From a bacterium (GTDB lineage: Bacteria > UBA10199 > 2-02-FULL-50-16 > JAJFLM01): a stretch of DNA of 64,000 bases. The stretch's first letter is position 1; every line of letters begins with the position of its first letter. The notes beneath the pieces were generated by a model. The model made no database searches, had not been told where the DNA came from, and was given only the letters and a program-made list of their open reading frames with translations. Below, piece by piece: positions 1 to 10,283 of this stretch. The DNA lies in the NCBI GenBank assembly GCA_965216315.1, contig CBDCFN010000016.1:416001-480000 (forward strand), read 5' to 3'. Both the position numbers and the translations under genes were made by a program.

Positions 1-468
1 CCTGAGGCGAAGGCGATTCGTAGTCATTCACTCGTGCAAAGCTCACGATTGCTCGACTTATTTCATGAATACGGTTTTACCCATGATGTTAATACATTCA
101 TCCCCTTTCAATCCAATATTGAATTGAAGCCTTGGACTGATTGGAATCATACGATTCGTGTTCCTTTTTATTGGGAAGACGATCTAAATTGCCATTTCCA
201 GGAAGATTGGCAGGTTAAAAAGGTTCTGAAAAGGCCAGGACTTCGGGTTTTTAATTTTCATCCGATACATATTTTTTTGAATTCTACGGATATGACAAAT
301 TATGAATCATCTCGTCGCTATCATAACACGCCCGAAAAATTGCGGGAATACGTATCATCTGTGGAATGCGGTGGTACCAGAAGGTTCCTTCTCGATTTAT
401 TTCATCAGGCAAGTGAAGTAGGTTTAGATTACGGCTTAATTAATGAGATATCGTTGTTGAGTTATTGA
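1..468 (+). CDS. Polysaccharide deacetylase-like protein (WbmS-like), 5'-truncated
   Basis: Frame is open from base 1 (PEAKAIRSHSLVQ...). Motifs RSHS, PFYWEDD and FNFHPIH resemble WbmS-type deacetylases of O-antigen loci. Confidence 0.65.
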   Translation, partial: PEAKAIRSHSLVQSSRLLDLFHEYGFTHDVNTFIPFQSNIELKPWTDWNHTIRVPFYWEDDLNCHFQEDWQVKKVLKRPGLRVFNFHPIHIFLNSTDMTNYESSRRYHNTPEKLREYVSSVECGGTRRFLLDLFHQASEVGLDYGLINEISLLSY

Positions 469-2090
469 TGAGTGAGCACGCATCAAAACTATTCAGAGGA
501 TTTGGGGAAAAAATTCGGTCCTCATTTGTTCTTCAGTTAATTATCATAATCTTTCTAGAGAAGTTATTCCTCTTGGTATGCGTTCGTATGAGGTTGCCCG
601 AGAGTTCCTATCATTCAGCCGTGCTGTTTATCGAAATTTTCAAAGATCCAATGATGGCAATAGCATTAATTGTGTCATTTTTTTGCCTTGTCCCCACACT
701 TAAAGAGAATCAGTGGAAAAAATTCGATTATCATGTGCAGCTGAGATTGCTGATTTTCCTCATTGCGGCGATCATTGCATGGAAGTATTCGACCTATACG
801 TATAACTACTATTACGATCAATCACACTATATCGATCGATTTATCTTAATATTTCTAGCATTAGGCCTACTATATCATCCACTATTTTTGGCGCCATTTC
901 TGTTTTTTGCAGGTGTAGTCATTAACCAATTCCATTACCCATTATTGACATATTCATGGACTGAGAAGTTACTGCTATTCGATATTCTTTTTATTATAAA
1001 TGCATGCTTGATTTTAAGGGCCTTTGTAAAAAAAATTAATACTCGTCATTTAATATTCTTAGGATTGTGTGTAATTGGCGCCAATTATTTTAGTGCAGGG
1101 ATAAAAAAGTTAGAGATTAGCCCCCATTTATATGAATGGGTGATAGAAAACCGTATGCACTACATTACAGCTGTTATGAACTATCGGGGATGGCTGGACA
1201 CTTTAGATCAGGGTTTGGTCCAGGGATTAATCAAATTTATAAAACTTACTGATATTCCACTGCAGTTGCTTGCAGTTATCCTGGAATTAGGTGCCATTCT
1301 GATTCTCGTTAAGAGGAGACTGACAATACTAGCGCTCATCTGTTTGCCTTGCCTCAATTTTATGATTTTTTTAGTCTCTGGGCTTTTCTTTTGGGAGTGG
1401 ATGATTCTCAACATGGCATTCTTAGTATGTATCTTGAGCCTTCCCTATAAGTATTTAAATAAATTATATCAGAAAAAGTATGTGATAGCCTCAATAGCAC
1501 TCATAGCATTAGGGCGCCTTGTTTTTTATCCTGTTAAATTGGGTTGGTGGGATACTAATATAGTTACTTCGTTTAAAGTCGAACAAATTGATGATCAAGG
1601 AAGAAAGTATTTCGTTAATCCTCATGATATTTCAGGTTACGATTATACATTTGGTAATGGAATATTTTGTTATTTGATTAAGCAAAAAGCGCTGACGTGC
1701 AGTGGTGCAGCTGATTATGAGATAACAAAGGCTCTTTATGATGCAGATGCCTCGGATATTTCTCAGTTGAAAGAGGCGCACGGCCAAATCCTGTATGATC
1801 CCAAAAAAGAACGGGTCTTTAAGGAATTCATAATGAGATATTTTTCGAATGCAAATGATTTGAAGGGCGATAAGAAGTTAATGATATCTAAATTTAAGGC
1901 ACCAGCTCATATATGGGGCTCAATGAAAATTTATTCAAAGCCAGCATATGGCACGCAAATACGTCAAATTAATGTCAAATATGAAGAGCTTATTTTTGAT
2001 GATGAAAAAGAAGAGTTTGTACAATTAGCAGATCTTATTGTGGCGGAGGTCGATTTGCCGCCTCGGAAACGACTTCATGGTGTAAGGTAG
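468..2090 (+). CDS. Multi-pass membrane protein, HTTM-like, possibly glycan-modifying
   Basis: About 10 hydrophobic segments, a YFSAGIKKL motif and a soluble C-terminal domain. The ATG overlaps the upstream TGA. Confidence 0.5.
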   Translation: MSEHASKLFRGFGEKIRSSFVLQLIIIIFLEKLFLLVCVRMRLPESSYHSAVLFIEIFKDPMMAIALIVSFFCLVPTLKENQWKKFDYHVQLRLLIFLIAAIIAWKYSTYTYNYYYDQSHYIDRFILIFLALGLLYHPLFLAPFLFFAGVVINQFHYPLLTYSWTEKLLLFDILFIINACLILRAFVKKINTRHLIFLGLCVIGANYFSAGIKKLEISPHLYEWVIENRMHYITAVMNYRGWLDTLDQGLVQGLIKFIKLTDIPLQLLAVILELGAILILVKRRLTILALICLPCLNFMIFLVSGLFFWEWMILNMAFLVCILSLPYKYLNKLYQKKYVIASIALIALGRLVFYPVKLGWWDTNIVTSFKVEQIDDQGRKYFVNPHDISGYDYTFGNGIFCYLIKQKALTCSGAADYEITKALYDADASDISQLKEAHGQILYDPKKERVFKEFIMRYFSNANDLKGDKKLMISKFKAPAHIWGSMKIYSKPAYGTQIRQINVKYEELIFDDEKEEFVQLADLIVAEVDLPPRKRLHGVR

Positions 2091-3073
2091 TGTCCGATAT
2101 TCATATAAAGAGATGTTCGTCTGAATATTATCCGGTTTGGAACCAGTTTATTGAAAACTCTAACAATGGATCTATTTTTCATAGGACTGATTTTCTCCAA
2201 TATCATGGAAGCAGGTTTGATGACAATGAACATCACCTCATGTGGTATAAGGGAGAAAGCCCATATGCCTTGTTGCCGCTTGGAATTTTTATAGAAGATG
2301 GCAGAAAAGTGGCGCGATCACCTTATGGGGCAAGTTGGGGGGGGTTTGTTGCAGGGGGTAAGCTAAAGCTGAAATATGCGTTAAATCTCGTCGATTCGCT
2401 AATGGAGTATCTAGTGCAGCTGGGGATAGAAGAGTGCTACATTACCATGCCTCCACCATGTTATTATAACGAGTACACCAATTTTTTTGAGTTTGCGTTA
2501 ACGACTCATGGTTTTTCCCCTGAGAATCGGGAAATTACACATGTTGTATCATTGCCGATGAAAGAGGCTGATGTCTGGACCTGCTTAGATAGTAAGTCAA
2601 GAAATCAAGCTAGAAAGGGGCTCAAACTATTTGAGATACAGCAAAACGTAGAGGCAGAAAAGTTTTATCCGATACTTTTAGAAGATAAAATGCGTCATGG
2701 AGAAGCGCTTCCGACACATTCTTTAAATGATTTAAAGTATCTTCAGGGACATGAATCTAAGTTCATATCATTTGATATTGGGATAGATGAGAAGGGCGCA
2801 AAAGCAGGAATTTGTTATTTCCATGCTAATGGTAGCTGTTTGACTGTTTTCTACATGGCCCAGGAGAATAAAGCACTTGGTTTGAATGGCATGAACGCTC
2901 TTGTTCTCCATGGTATGCAACGTGCAGTTAGAGAAGGTTACCGATATTTTGATTTTGGGTGTTCATCGTATCATACGAGAATCCAAAATATCGGTCTTGC
3001 TGAATTTAAAGAAGGGTTTGGCGCAAGTGGAATGTTTAGAGATACATACTGTTGTTCGCTTAACTCTGATTGA
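2090..3073 (+). CDS. GNAT/FemAB-like acyl- or aminoacyl-transferase
   Basis: WNQFI..S.NGSIFH, SPYGASWGG, RNQARKG, YFDFG and GLAEFKEGFGA motifs are typical of FemAB-related GNAT proteins in glycan loci. Confidence 0.75.
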   Translation: MSDIHIKRCSSEYYPVWNQFIENSNNGSIFHRTDFLQYHGSRFDDNEHHLMWYKGESPYALLPLGIFIEDGRKVARSPYGASWGGFVAGGKLKLKYALNLVDSLMEYLVQLGIEECYITMPPPCYYNEYTNFFEFALTTHGFSPENREITHVVSLPMKEADVWTCLDSKSRNQARKGLKLFEIQQNVEAEKFYPILLEDKMRHGEALPTHSLNDLKYLQGHESKFISFDIGIDEKGAKAGICYFHANGSCLTVFYMAQENKALGLNGMNALVLHGMQRAVREGYRYFDFGCSSYHTRIQNIGLAEFKEGFGASGMFRDTYCCSLNSD

Positions 3074-3099
3074 AAATTTCTTTATGATGGAGGGGTATC

Positions 3100-3732
3100 A
3101 TGAAAACTGTTGAAGAGTGGGCTCAATATTATGATGCTAAAGATGAATCTATAATTAACCCTATAGAATTGGTTGAGCATTGTGCCGGCGGCGTGCCATT
3201 TGCGGAGGATGTGCATCGTAAGGCAATTTTAGAGCCTGTTATTGAAAAGCTTGAATTGGAGCCGCATCATGAGTTTTTGGAGATTGGCTGCGGTTCAGGT
3301 TTATTTTTGAAAGCAATTGAAAAGAAAGTAAAAAAAAGTATTGGCGTTGATATTAGCAAGAGAATGCTTAACAGCTTTACATGTAAGTCGGAAAAATTCT
3401 TATGTGCAGCGCATAACTTGCCATTCGAAAAAGAATCGTTTGATCGTGTCTTAATGTATAGTGTGGCTGTGCAGTTTGAGTCATTTGAGTATTTAGTATC
3501 GGTCATTAATCATGTGATGCCGCTTCTTAGGAAGAACGGAATCTTTTTAGTGGGTGATCTACTTCTAGGTGAGCAAAATAAAAAGAGCCAATATATCTTT
3601 TATGACAAGCATAGGCTAATAGATTATTTGGATACTCTTGGGTATCCATACAGTATCGTGTGTCCGCCACGCCTGAAACGCACGATCAATAATCGTCAGG
3701 ATGTTATTATTTACAAAGATGATAATAACTGA
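3100..3732 (+). CDS. Class I SAM-dependent methyltransferase
   Basis: LEIGCGSG motif I, GVDIS and LPFEKESFD. GGAGGGG Shine-Dalgarno upstream. Confidence 0.85.
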   Translation: MKTVEEWAQYYDAKDESIINPIELVEHCAGGVPFAEDVHRKAILEPVIEKLELEPHHEFLEIGCGSGLFLKAIEKKVKKSIGVDISKRMLNSFTCKSEKFLCAAHNLPFEKESFDRVLMYSVAVQFESFEYLVSVINHVMPLLRKNGIFLVGDLLLGEQNKKSQYIFYDKHRLIDYLDTLGYPYSIVCPPRLKRTINNRQDVIIYKDDNN

Positions 3733-3765
3733 TTTCTCATTTTTTAATCAACTCAGACATACGTA

Positions 3766-5361
3766 ATGATTTCAACAAAATATATGATTGAGCTCGGACT
3801 TATACTGGTTTTGGGTGGATCTCTTCGCTTTTTGTTTATCCTTAGTAGTACGACAGACCATGGCTACCATCTACGCAATATAAAGTGGGTAAAGGAAAAC
3901 GGATTTAAATTTCCACTCGTAAGTGATTCCATTGTGTGTGGAAGGAATATCTATCCGCCTTTACCCCATTGGATTATTTCTCTTTTCCCAAGGAGTAGAT
4001 GGAATGCTGTCGGCAGGATTCTGAATATAGTCTATGATCTATTTTCAATCATTATTATTTATATATTTTCGACTATCTTGTTTGAAAAGGGTAGCTGGTT
4101 CCATCAATTAAGGGCCGATTGGATGATATTATCTCCTGGAGGCTGGGTAACGCTTCTTTATTCAACATCTCCTCTTCTATTTCCAATTACAGCGAGATTA
4201 AAGACGATCGGCGGTAGAACGCTAGGTCATATGCTGACAAATTTGTATCTTGCTATAATGGGTTACGCTATTATTTTTGGAAATCATTGGTTGTTGATAG
4301 CATGTATACCCGTCGGTATTGCTGCTATACTTGCATCAATTTTTGCAATGCAGACACTGATTTTATATTCATTATTTTTATCGGTATTCTTATTTGATTT
4401 TTATCCAGTCTTGACAATATTCTGTGTGATAGCTGTTGGAATTATATTGCCAGGTCTTCATATTAGAACGCTTTTTCTTCAAAACTTTTACCATTACAAG
4501 TGGTATCTGCGCAGTATTAAGAGAGGTTCTCCAATAGAAAACCGTAATACTGCAAAAACACTTATGTCGTTACCAAGGGATCTTATCCACAATAAGATGC
4601 GATTCGTAAGAAATTTGTTTGAAAATAACTCATTCTTTATAGCAATCTATTCTCTTCCGGCGCTTATTCCGGTTTTATATTGGACCATAGCTTCTAATAG
4701 CGTCTCTACAGAAGGACACGCTTATCCGATATTTTTCATTGCCATGCTATTTTCCTCCATAGCAATATTTCTTCTCACATCATTTTGGCCCCTGATAATA
4801 CTTGGGCAAGCGGAGCGCTATCTGGAGAGTGTTTCTCCGTATATTATGGTGCTATTGCTTGTCCATGTGGTTGAAAGAAATCTCTTTTTTTTATTATCGC
4901 TATTTTTTCTCATAAACTTTGTGTTTATTATTGCCAATTTTATTTTGATAATGGGGAAAGAATATTTATCGCAATTGGTAACTAAACCAGATGATAAATT
5001 AAAGCCGGTGCTAGAAATGCTTGGTAATATGAGAGAGCCAAGAATCATGACAATCCCTACGCGATTAGCTTATATTGTCTCTACTTATCTCGATCATAAC
5101 AATGCATCATATTGCTATGATTGGATAACACAGGACGGCAGTGGATATCAGTACATGATAAAAGAGCGCGAACGCTATCAGTATCCGATGACAAATTTAA
5201 GGTACTATACTGAAAAGTACAAAGTGAATACTTTTATTGTGTCAAAAAAGTCGCTGGCTAAGGCACGGGACCAAAATATTCAATATGACTTTTCTAAGAG
5301 CCTTCTCTTGATGGAAAACGACTTATATATGGTGTACGGTTCGTGTGATAACGCTGTATAG
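3766..5361 (+). CDS. Integral membrane protein, GT-C-like or glycan-modifying
   Basis: Many TM segments. An early DHGYH and YPPLPHW loop resembles GT-C fold proteins. Confidence 0.5.
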   Translation: MISTKYMIELGLILVLGGSLRFLFILSSTTDHGYHLRNIKWVKENGFKFPLVSDSIVCGRNIYPPLPHWIISLFPRSRWNAVGRILNIVYDLFSIIIIYIFSTILFEKGSWFHQLRADWMILSPGGWVTLLYSTSPLLFPITARLKTIGGRTLGHMLTNLYLAIMGYAIIFGNHWLLIACIPVGIAAILASIFAMQTLILYSLFLSVFLFDFYPVLTIFCVIAVGIILPGLHIRTLFLQNFYHYKWYLRSIKRGSPIENRNTAKTLMSLPRDLIHNKMRFVRNLFENNSFFIAIYSLPALIPVLYWTIASNSVSTEGHAYPIFFIAMLFSSIAIFLLTSFWPLIILGQAERYLESVSPYIMVLLLVHVVERNLFFLLSLFFLINFVFIIANFILIMGKEYLSQLVTKPDDKLKPVLEMLGNMREPRIMTIPTRLAYIVSTYLDHNNASYCYDWITQDGSGYQYMIKERERYQYPMTNLRYYTEKYKVNTFIVSKKSLAKARDQNIQYDFSKSLLLMENDLYMVYGSCDNAV

Positions 5362-5387
5362 TAAGTTAAAATTATATCCTTCTAATA

Positions 5388-6845
5388 GTGTCTAATCGAG
5401 TTCATTACAAAGCAGTTCTCAGAGATATGATGCTCTATGGCGTGCTTGGGGTCAGTACGCAGCTTGCAAATATCCTGTTATTACCTTTTTTAACGCGTCT
5501 TTTTACTATAAAAGAATATGGGGTAATCGAGCTCGTAACAGTAGCCGGGAATTTTGCAAATATTGTTATGACTCTCTGTATTTCATCAGGATTGCTGAGA
5601 TTCTATTACGAAGAAGCTGGGGAAAATCGTAAAAAATTAATTTCTACCTTGTTTTGGTTTGTTGTTGTCCTTTCTATATGCGTTTGCATTATTCTAATGA
5701 CTATTACACCATCAATTGTAGGGGTTACGGTAAGAAATAAGTTGTACGGTCCTTATTTTTGCTTGGGTTGGATTTGGGCTGCTATCATGGCGCCTGCGTC
5801 GATTTTAAATACATTATTAAGGGCCGAACGAAGGATTGTGGGTTATGGGCTTTTGAATATTTTGCTACTCGTTACTAATATTGGGTTCGCTATTTTACTT
5901 GTGGGTTATTACAATACAGGTATCGAAGGTGTCTTTGTAGCGATGGTTTTAAGTTCTCTGGTGGCACTAATTGTCGGCCTTGTCTTGACGAGAAATTCGC
6001 TGGAATTTTCGTTTTCTTGGAATATATGTAGAGGCGTATTGAGCTATAGTTTGCCTCAGGTCCCAGCTGTATTAACTGGTTGGGTTAACCAAAGAGGTAC
6101 TCGGTATATAATAACTTTTTATATGACGTTGAGCGCTGTTGGTATTTATGGAGTAGGAGTTCATTTAGCGGCTATAATTTCTTTCATTGTATCAGCATTT
6201 CAAAAAACGTGGAGCCCATATGTTATGAAAATTATGGCCCACGAATCATTTGAAAGTGTTAATAGGAAAATTCTGTCTCTTTATGTGGGTGGCTGTGTTG
6301 TAATCAGTTTACTATTTCTAACTATTTCAAGAGAAGTATGCGTCATTTTCTTGGATGAAAAATATCTAACAGCACTTCCACTTCTTCCATGGCTCATGGG
6401 AGGTGTAATAATCAGAGGCTCAGGAAATATTACGTCAATAGGTATAAGCATACGCAAGAAAACTAGCAAGCAAAGTGTTGCTGCATGGATTGGGGTAGTA
6501 TGCAATATTATTGTTACTTTTATGTTGATTCCAATAATTGGAATGATTGGTGCTGCAATATCTTTCTTTTGTGCTGAATTAATAACTACGATCATTCTTG
6601 CGCGATATACATATACCTACAACCTCATTAGGTTTGAGCACAAAACGCTAGCATTTTTATTTATTTCTTATTTAGCTTGGAGCCAAGGAATTACGTTGAT
6701 GTCTATTTATGTAGATTCAATTGTATTGCGATATTGTACCGGGCTGATAGGAGCTGCTTTAATTATTTATTACCTAAATATTTTCAGTGTAATAATCCAG
6801 TCGGTGAAAAAAAGACTCACTGTCGACGCAGTTGCAGATATATAA
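5388..6845 (+). CDS. wzx: Oligosaccharide flippase (Wzx/MOP family)
   Basis: LLPFLTRLF..EYG N-terminal motif, 12-14 TM segments, VGIYGVG and GMIGAAIS. Confidence 0.85.
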   Translation: MSNRVHYKAVLRDMMLYGVLGVSTQLANILLLPFLTRLFTIKEYGVIELVTVAGNFANIVMTLCISSGLLRFYYEEAGENRKKLISTLFWFVVVLSICVCIILMTITPSIVGVTVRNKLYGPYFCLGWIWAAIMAPASILNTLLRAERRIVGYGLLNILLLVTNIGFAILLVGYYNTGIEGVFVAMVLSSLVALIVGLVLTRNSLEFSFSWNICRGVLSYSLPQVPAVLTGWVNQRGTRYIITFYMTLSAVGIYGVGVHLAAIISFIVSAFQKTWSPYVMKIMAHESFESVNRKILSLYVGGCVVISLLFLTISREVCVIFLDEKYLTALPLLPWLMGGVIIRGSGNITSIGISIRKKTSKQSVAAWIGVVCNIIVTFMLIPIIGMIGAAISFFCAELITTIILARYTYTYNLIRFEHKTLAFLFISYLAWSQGITLMSIYVDSIVLRYCTGLIGAALIIYYLNIFSVIIQSVKKRLTVDAVADI

Positions 6846-6879
6846 ACTAAGTCGACAAAAATTCCAAAAAAATAGTTAT

Positions 6880-7608
6880 ATGCTGATTGAATTTACAGGA
6901 TGCACGGGAGCGGGCAAGACCACTCTTTCTGGCTATGTTATTGATGCATTAAGGAAGAGTGGAAAGAGTACGGTTAGTGTGCATTCAGCTGTTTCGAAAG
7001 CACCTAATGAGTCACTGAGAAATATTTATTGGGAATTGCGCTCACTAGGAGTGCTAATCACTAGTTTGAAAAGAAATCATAAATTTTTTAAATTTGCTAT
7101 TAAAACTCTCTGGAAAAAAGCCGATTCGAAATGGACAGCTCTAAATCTATTCAGGAGCATTATGAGGAAGATTGGAATTTCTGAATATCACCGTATGAAA
7201 TATACGGATTCAGAAATGGTGATTATGGATGAGGGTCCTTTTCACGCCGCCCATCAATTATTTGTACACTTAAATTCAGAGCCATCCGATCAAGATTTAC
7301 AAGAATTTCTTCGGCTTGTGCCTTGTCCTGACTACATTGTCAATGTCACAGCACCGAAAGAAATTATAATGAATAGGACGCTTATGAGAAATGACCCCCC
7401 TCGCAGAAGAGGTCTCGTCGAATCGTTACCGCAATATGTTAATCAAGCTTATAAGGTATACGGGCGTGTATTTTCTCAAGAAAACATGCCCATTAACGTT
7501 GCCATTGTAGATTTTTCTAGAGATAGCGTAGATGAATCCAAGGCTATCGCTTCTCAGGTTGCATCGCAAATAATCAAAATGCAGGCCAATGCTAACGCTA
7601 GTAAGTGA
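6880..7608 (+). CDS. P-loop nucleotide kinase-like protein
   Basis: IEFTGCTGAGKTT Walker A and VIMDEG. ATG at 6880 preferred over the upstream TTG. Confidence 0.65.
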   Translation: MLIEFTGCTGAGKTTLSGYVIDALRKSGKSTVSVHSAVSKAPNESLRNIYWELRSLGVLITSLKRNHKFFKFAIKTLWKKADSKWTALNLFRSIMRKIGISEYHRMKYTDSEMVIMDEGPFHAAHQLFVHLNSEPSDQDLQEFLRLVPCPDYIVNVTAPKEIIMNRTLMRNDPPRRRGLVESLPQYVNQAYKVYGRVFSQENMPINVAIVDFSRDSVDESKAIASQVASQIIKMQANANASK

Positions 7609-9055
7609 ATTGTTCAGCAGAGTTGAGACAGAGGGTCTTAAGTGCTGCCACTGGAAAAGTAATACTACGCTAGAAGAGGCACTTGAGGGGAAGGGCGACC
7701 TGGATCTTCTTGTGCCCAATATCAGACGAGAGGAATTTGAAGCTCTTGTGATGAAGTTAGGGTTTAAGGAAACTAGGCGGCAATCATGGGAGTCTCAGGC
7801 GGACATTGTCCACTATTATGGTTTAGATGCGAGCAGCAATAAATTTGTTCACCTGCATATCTATTATAAGCTAATTTCAGGCGGAAGTTTGTTAAAGAAA
7901 TATCATTTTACATGTGAAGATAGACTGTTTGAAAGCACTTCCAAGTTGCATAATGTAAATATTCCACAGCCTGAACTAGAACTTGTATTACTCGTAATTA
8001 GGAAAATCTTAGAGCACGCTTATTGGCCTGAATATTTTCTCTTGAAAAGAGAATATGGTGGGATGCTTGAGGAACTCAGAGACCTTTCCGAAAAAAGTGA
8101 TAGCGCGAAAATAAGAGATATTATTGCAAAGGCGTTTCCTGAGATATCTTGGGATGAGTTCTCAAAGTATCAAGAGGTTCTTTTGGGTGGTGCGCCTCGG
8201 GAACGCCGCAAGCTTTCAAGGCAGTTAAAAAATAAACTATCTCATCTAATGATTATTTCAGAGCGAAGAGGGTTCTTCCAGGTATACTATCGGTTCTTGC
8301 GGAAAATATTCCAGAAATTCATTTTGAAGAGAAAATCTCAAACTCTCGTGTCGGGAGGAGCGGTGATTGCCTTTGTTGGCCCGGATGCTTCTGGAAAGTC
8401 GACAATTGCGAGTCAAATTAGTGGCTGGCTAAAAGAAAATTTTTGGGTATGCAACTTCCACGTAGGTAAGCCAAAGGCATCCTTGCTGACAGTTGTTCCA
8501 AGACTGACTCTACCTTTGATTAGGAAACTATTTCCACAATCTAGGTCTTCCTATATTGAAAATGAAGCACCTGCATCAGAGAGGGAAATGAAAAAGTCCC
8601 TTCTGTATTTTATTCGTAGATTAATGGTTGCTTATGACAGGCTGAGAGCAGCCAGAAAAGCAGTAAAGCTGGCAGGAAAGGGAAGTATTGTTATTTGTGA
8701 TAGATACCCATCGAGTAGCGTTGGTGCTATGGATGGTCCACAGTTGGAATGTTTTGTGAAAAATTTAGGTAATAATTCAATTCGTAAATTTATTGCTAGA
8801 AAGGAAAAGGAAATCTACGGGCAGATTTCATCTCCTGATGTGCTGATACAGCTGATTACATCGTATGAAACGGCTGTTGAGAGAAATAAAGGACGCAAAG
8901 ATAAAACGGCTGATCCGGATGAATATCTTCGACGTAGGCACCAGCAAAAAATTAACCCTATTGATGCCAGTAAACATTATTCTAAGCTCGAAACACTTGG
9001 AACTCTAAGCGAGTCGTTTTCAATTGCTCAAGAGAGAATCTGGGCAGCTTTGTAA
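7589..9055 (+). CDS. Nucleotidyltransferase-like plus thymidylate-kinase-like fusion protein
   Basis: N-terminal GDLDLLV (Pol-beta NTase DxD-type motif). C-terminal FVGPDASGKST Walker A and ICDRY as in the dTMP kinase fold. Confidence 0.65.
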   Translation: MLTLVSELFSRVETEGLKCCHWKSNTTLEEALEGKGDLDLLVPNIRREEFEALVMKLGFKETRRQSWESQADIVHYYGLDASSNKFVHLHIYYKLISGGSLLKKYHFTCEDRLFESTSKLHNVNIPQPELELVLLVIRKILEHAYWPEYFLLKREYGGMLEELRDLSEKSDSAKIRDIIAKAFPEISWDEFSKYQEVLLGGAPRERRKLSRQLKNKLSHLMIISERRGFFQVYYRFLRKIFQKFILKRKSQTLVSGGAVIAFVGPDASGKSTIASQISGWLKENFWVCNFHVGKPKASLLTVVPRLTLPLIRKLFPQSRSSYIENEAPASEREMKKSLLYFIRRLMVAYDRLRAARKAVKLAGKGSIVICDRYPSSSVGAMDGPQLECFVKNLGNNSIRKFIARKEKEIYGQISSPDVLIQLITSYETAVERNKGRKDKTADPDEYLRRRHQQKINPIDASKHYSKLETLGTLSESFSIAQERIWAAL

Positions 9056-9059
9056 TGCT

Positions 9060-10283
9060 ATGAAAATTATTATTGTTATCAACGATGCATTTTCAGCCTG
9101 GATATTTAGAAGGGGTCTGATCAAATCTCTCGTCGCAACGACGGGAAATCAGGTTCTGGTGCTAGCACCTAAGAGTGAGAAATATTCTCAATTGATTAAA
9201 AGTATCGGTGCCAAACATATACCTATACCAATAAAACGTTTCATTCATCCAATAAGCGATCTTGTATTGTGTTTAAGGATATATAAAATTTTCAAAAAAG
9301 AAAAACCAGATGTCATTCATTCATTCACAATTAAGCCCAACATATATGCGGCACTTATTGGGAAATTTCTAGGTGTTCAATCAATATTTTGCTCTGTCAC
9401 TGGTTTAGGTGCCGTCTATGCAAGAGATGCGCATGCCTCATTAAAGGTAATGAGGATTTTAATTACACCACTTTATTATTTGGCGTGTAAATATTGTACT
9501 CGATTCTCATTTCAGAATGCTGATGATATGGAATACTTTATATCGAAAAAAATTCTGAGTGAAAGGAAGGCAGTGTTGATTAGAAGCTCCGGAGTTAATC
9601 TTGATGAATATTCTATGGAAGCTGCAGATACTCAAAGTGCGAAAAAAGAAATGGTACTAAGTGGTAATGAGAAAATTATTTTAATGGTTGCGAGAGCTAT
9701 TTGGAGTAAGGGAGTACGTGAATTTATCGAATCATCTAGGGAAGTAAATCGATTAAATACACCTGCTAGATATATATTAATTGGCAGCGTAGAGTCTGGT
9801 CCCGACGCAGTACCGTTGAATTATTTACAGTCAAATGCTTCGCATAACTTCCAATGGCTTGGCTTTAAAGATCAAATCAGAGACTATATTGCTGCATCTG
9901 ATATTGTTGTTTTACCATCATTTTATCCAGAGGGTGTGCCACGTTGCTTGCTAGAGGCGATGGCGCTTGGGAAGCCTATTATTACGACGGACAATGTTGG
10001 TTGCAAAGAAGTAATCGAACACGAAAAAAATGGCTACATGATTCCAGTGAAGAATTCACAGGCTTTAGCTGACGCAGTGGAAAAGCTATTAAGTAATCCG
10101 TCGATAATGCAGGAATATGGACGATATTCTCGCGTTAAAATCGAAAGAGAATTTAGCGAAGGTCTAGTAATAGCCGAAACTTTGAGTAAATTATATAAGT
10201 TTGATTCTGTGAGTGATTCTGAGACTAGTTGTATGGACAGTAGTTCATTAGATTTGAGTCGATCCGACGAGTTAAGTGGATAA
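9060..10283 (+). CDS. Glycosyltransferase family 4 (CapM-like)
   Basis: HSFTIKPNIY, FQNADD and EGVPRCLLEAMALGKP. Confidence 0.9.
   Translation: MKIIIVINDAFSAWIFRRGLIKSLVATTGNQVLVLAPKSEKYSQLIKSIGAKHIPIPIKRFIHPISDLVLCLRIYKIFKKEKPDVIHSFTIKPNIYAALIGKFLGVQSIFCSVTGLGAVYARDAHASLKVMRILITPLYYLACKYCTRFSFQNADDMEYFISKKILSERKAVLIRSSGVNLDEYSMEAADTQSAKKEMVLSGNEKIILMVARAIWSKGVREFIESSREVNRLNTPARYILIGSVESGPDAVPLNYLQSNASHNFQWLGFKDQIRDYIAASDIVVLPSFYPEGVPRCLLEAMALGKPIITTDNVGCKEVIEHEKNGYMIPVKNSQALADAVEKLLSNPSIMQEYGRYSRVKIEREFSEGLVIAETLSKLYKFDSVSDSETSCMDSSSLDLSRSDELSG

Noticed and set aside
2337..2344. G8 tract in the GNAT gene as a phase-variation switch
   Set aside because: In frame, encodes the WGG motif, and a single short tract is not evidence without read-level length variation.
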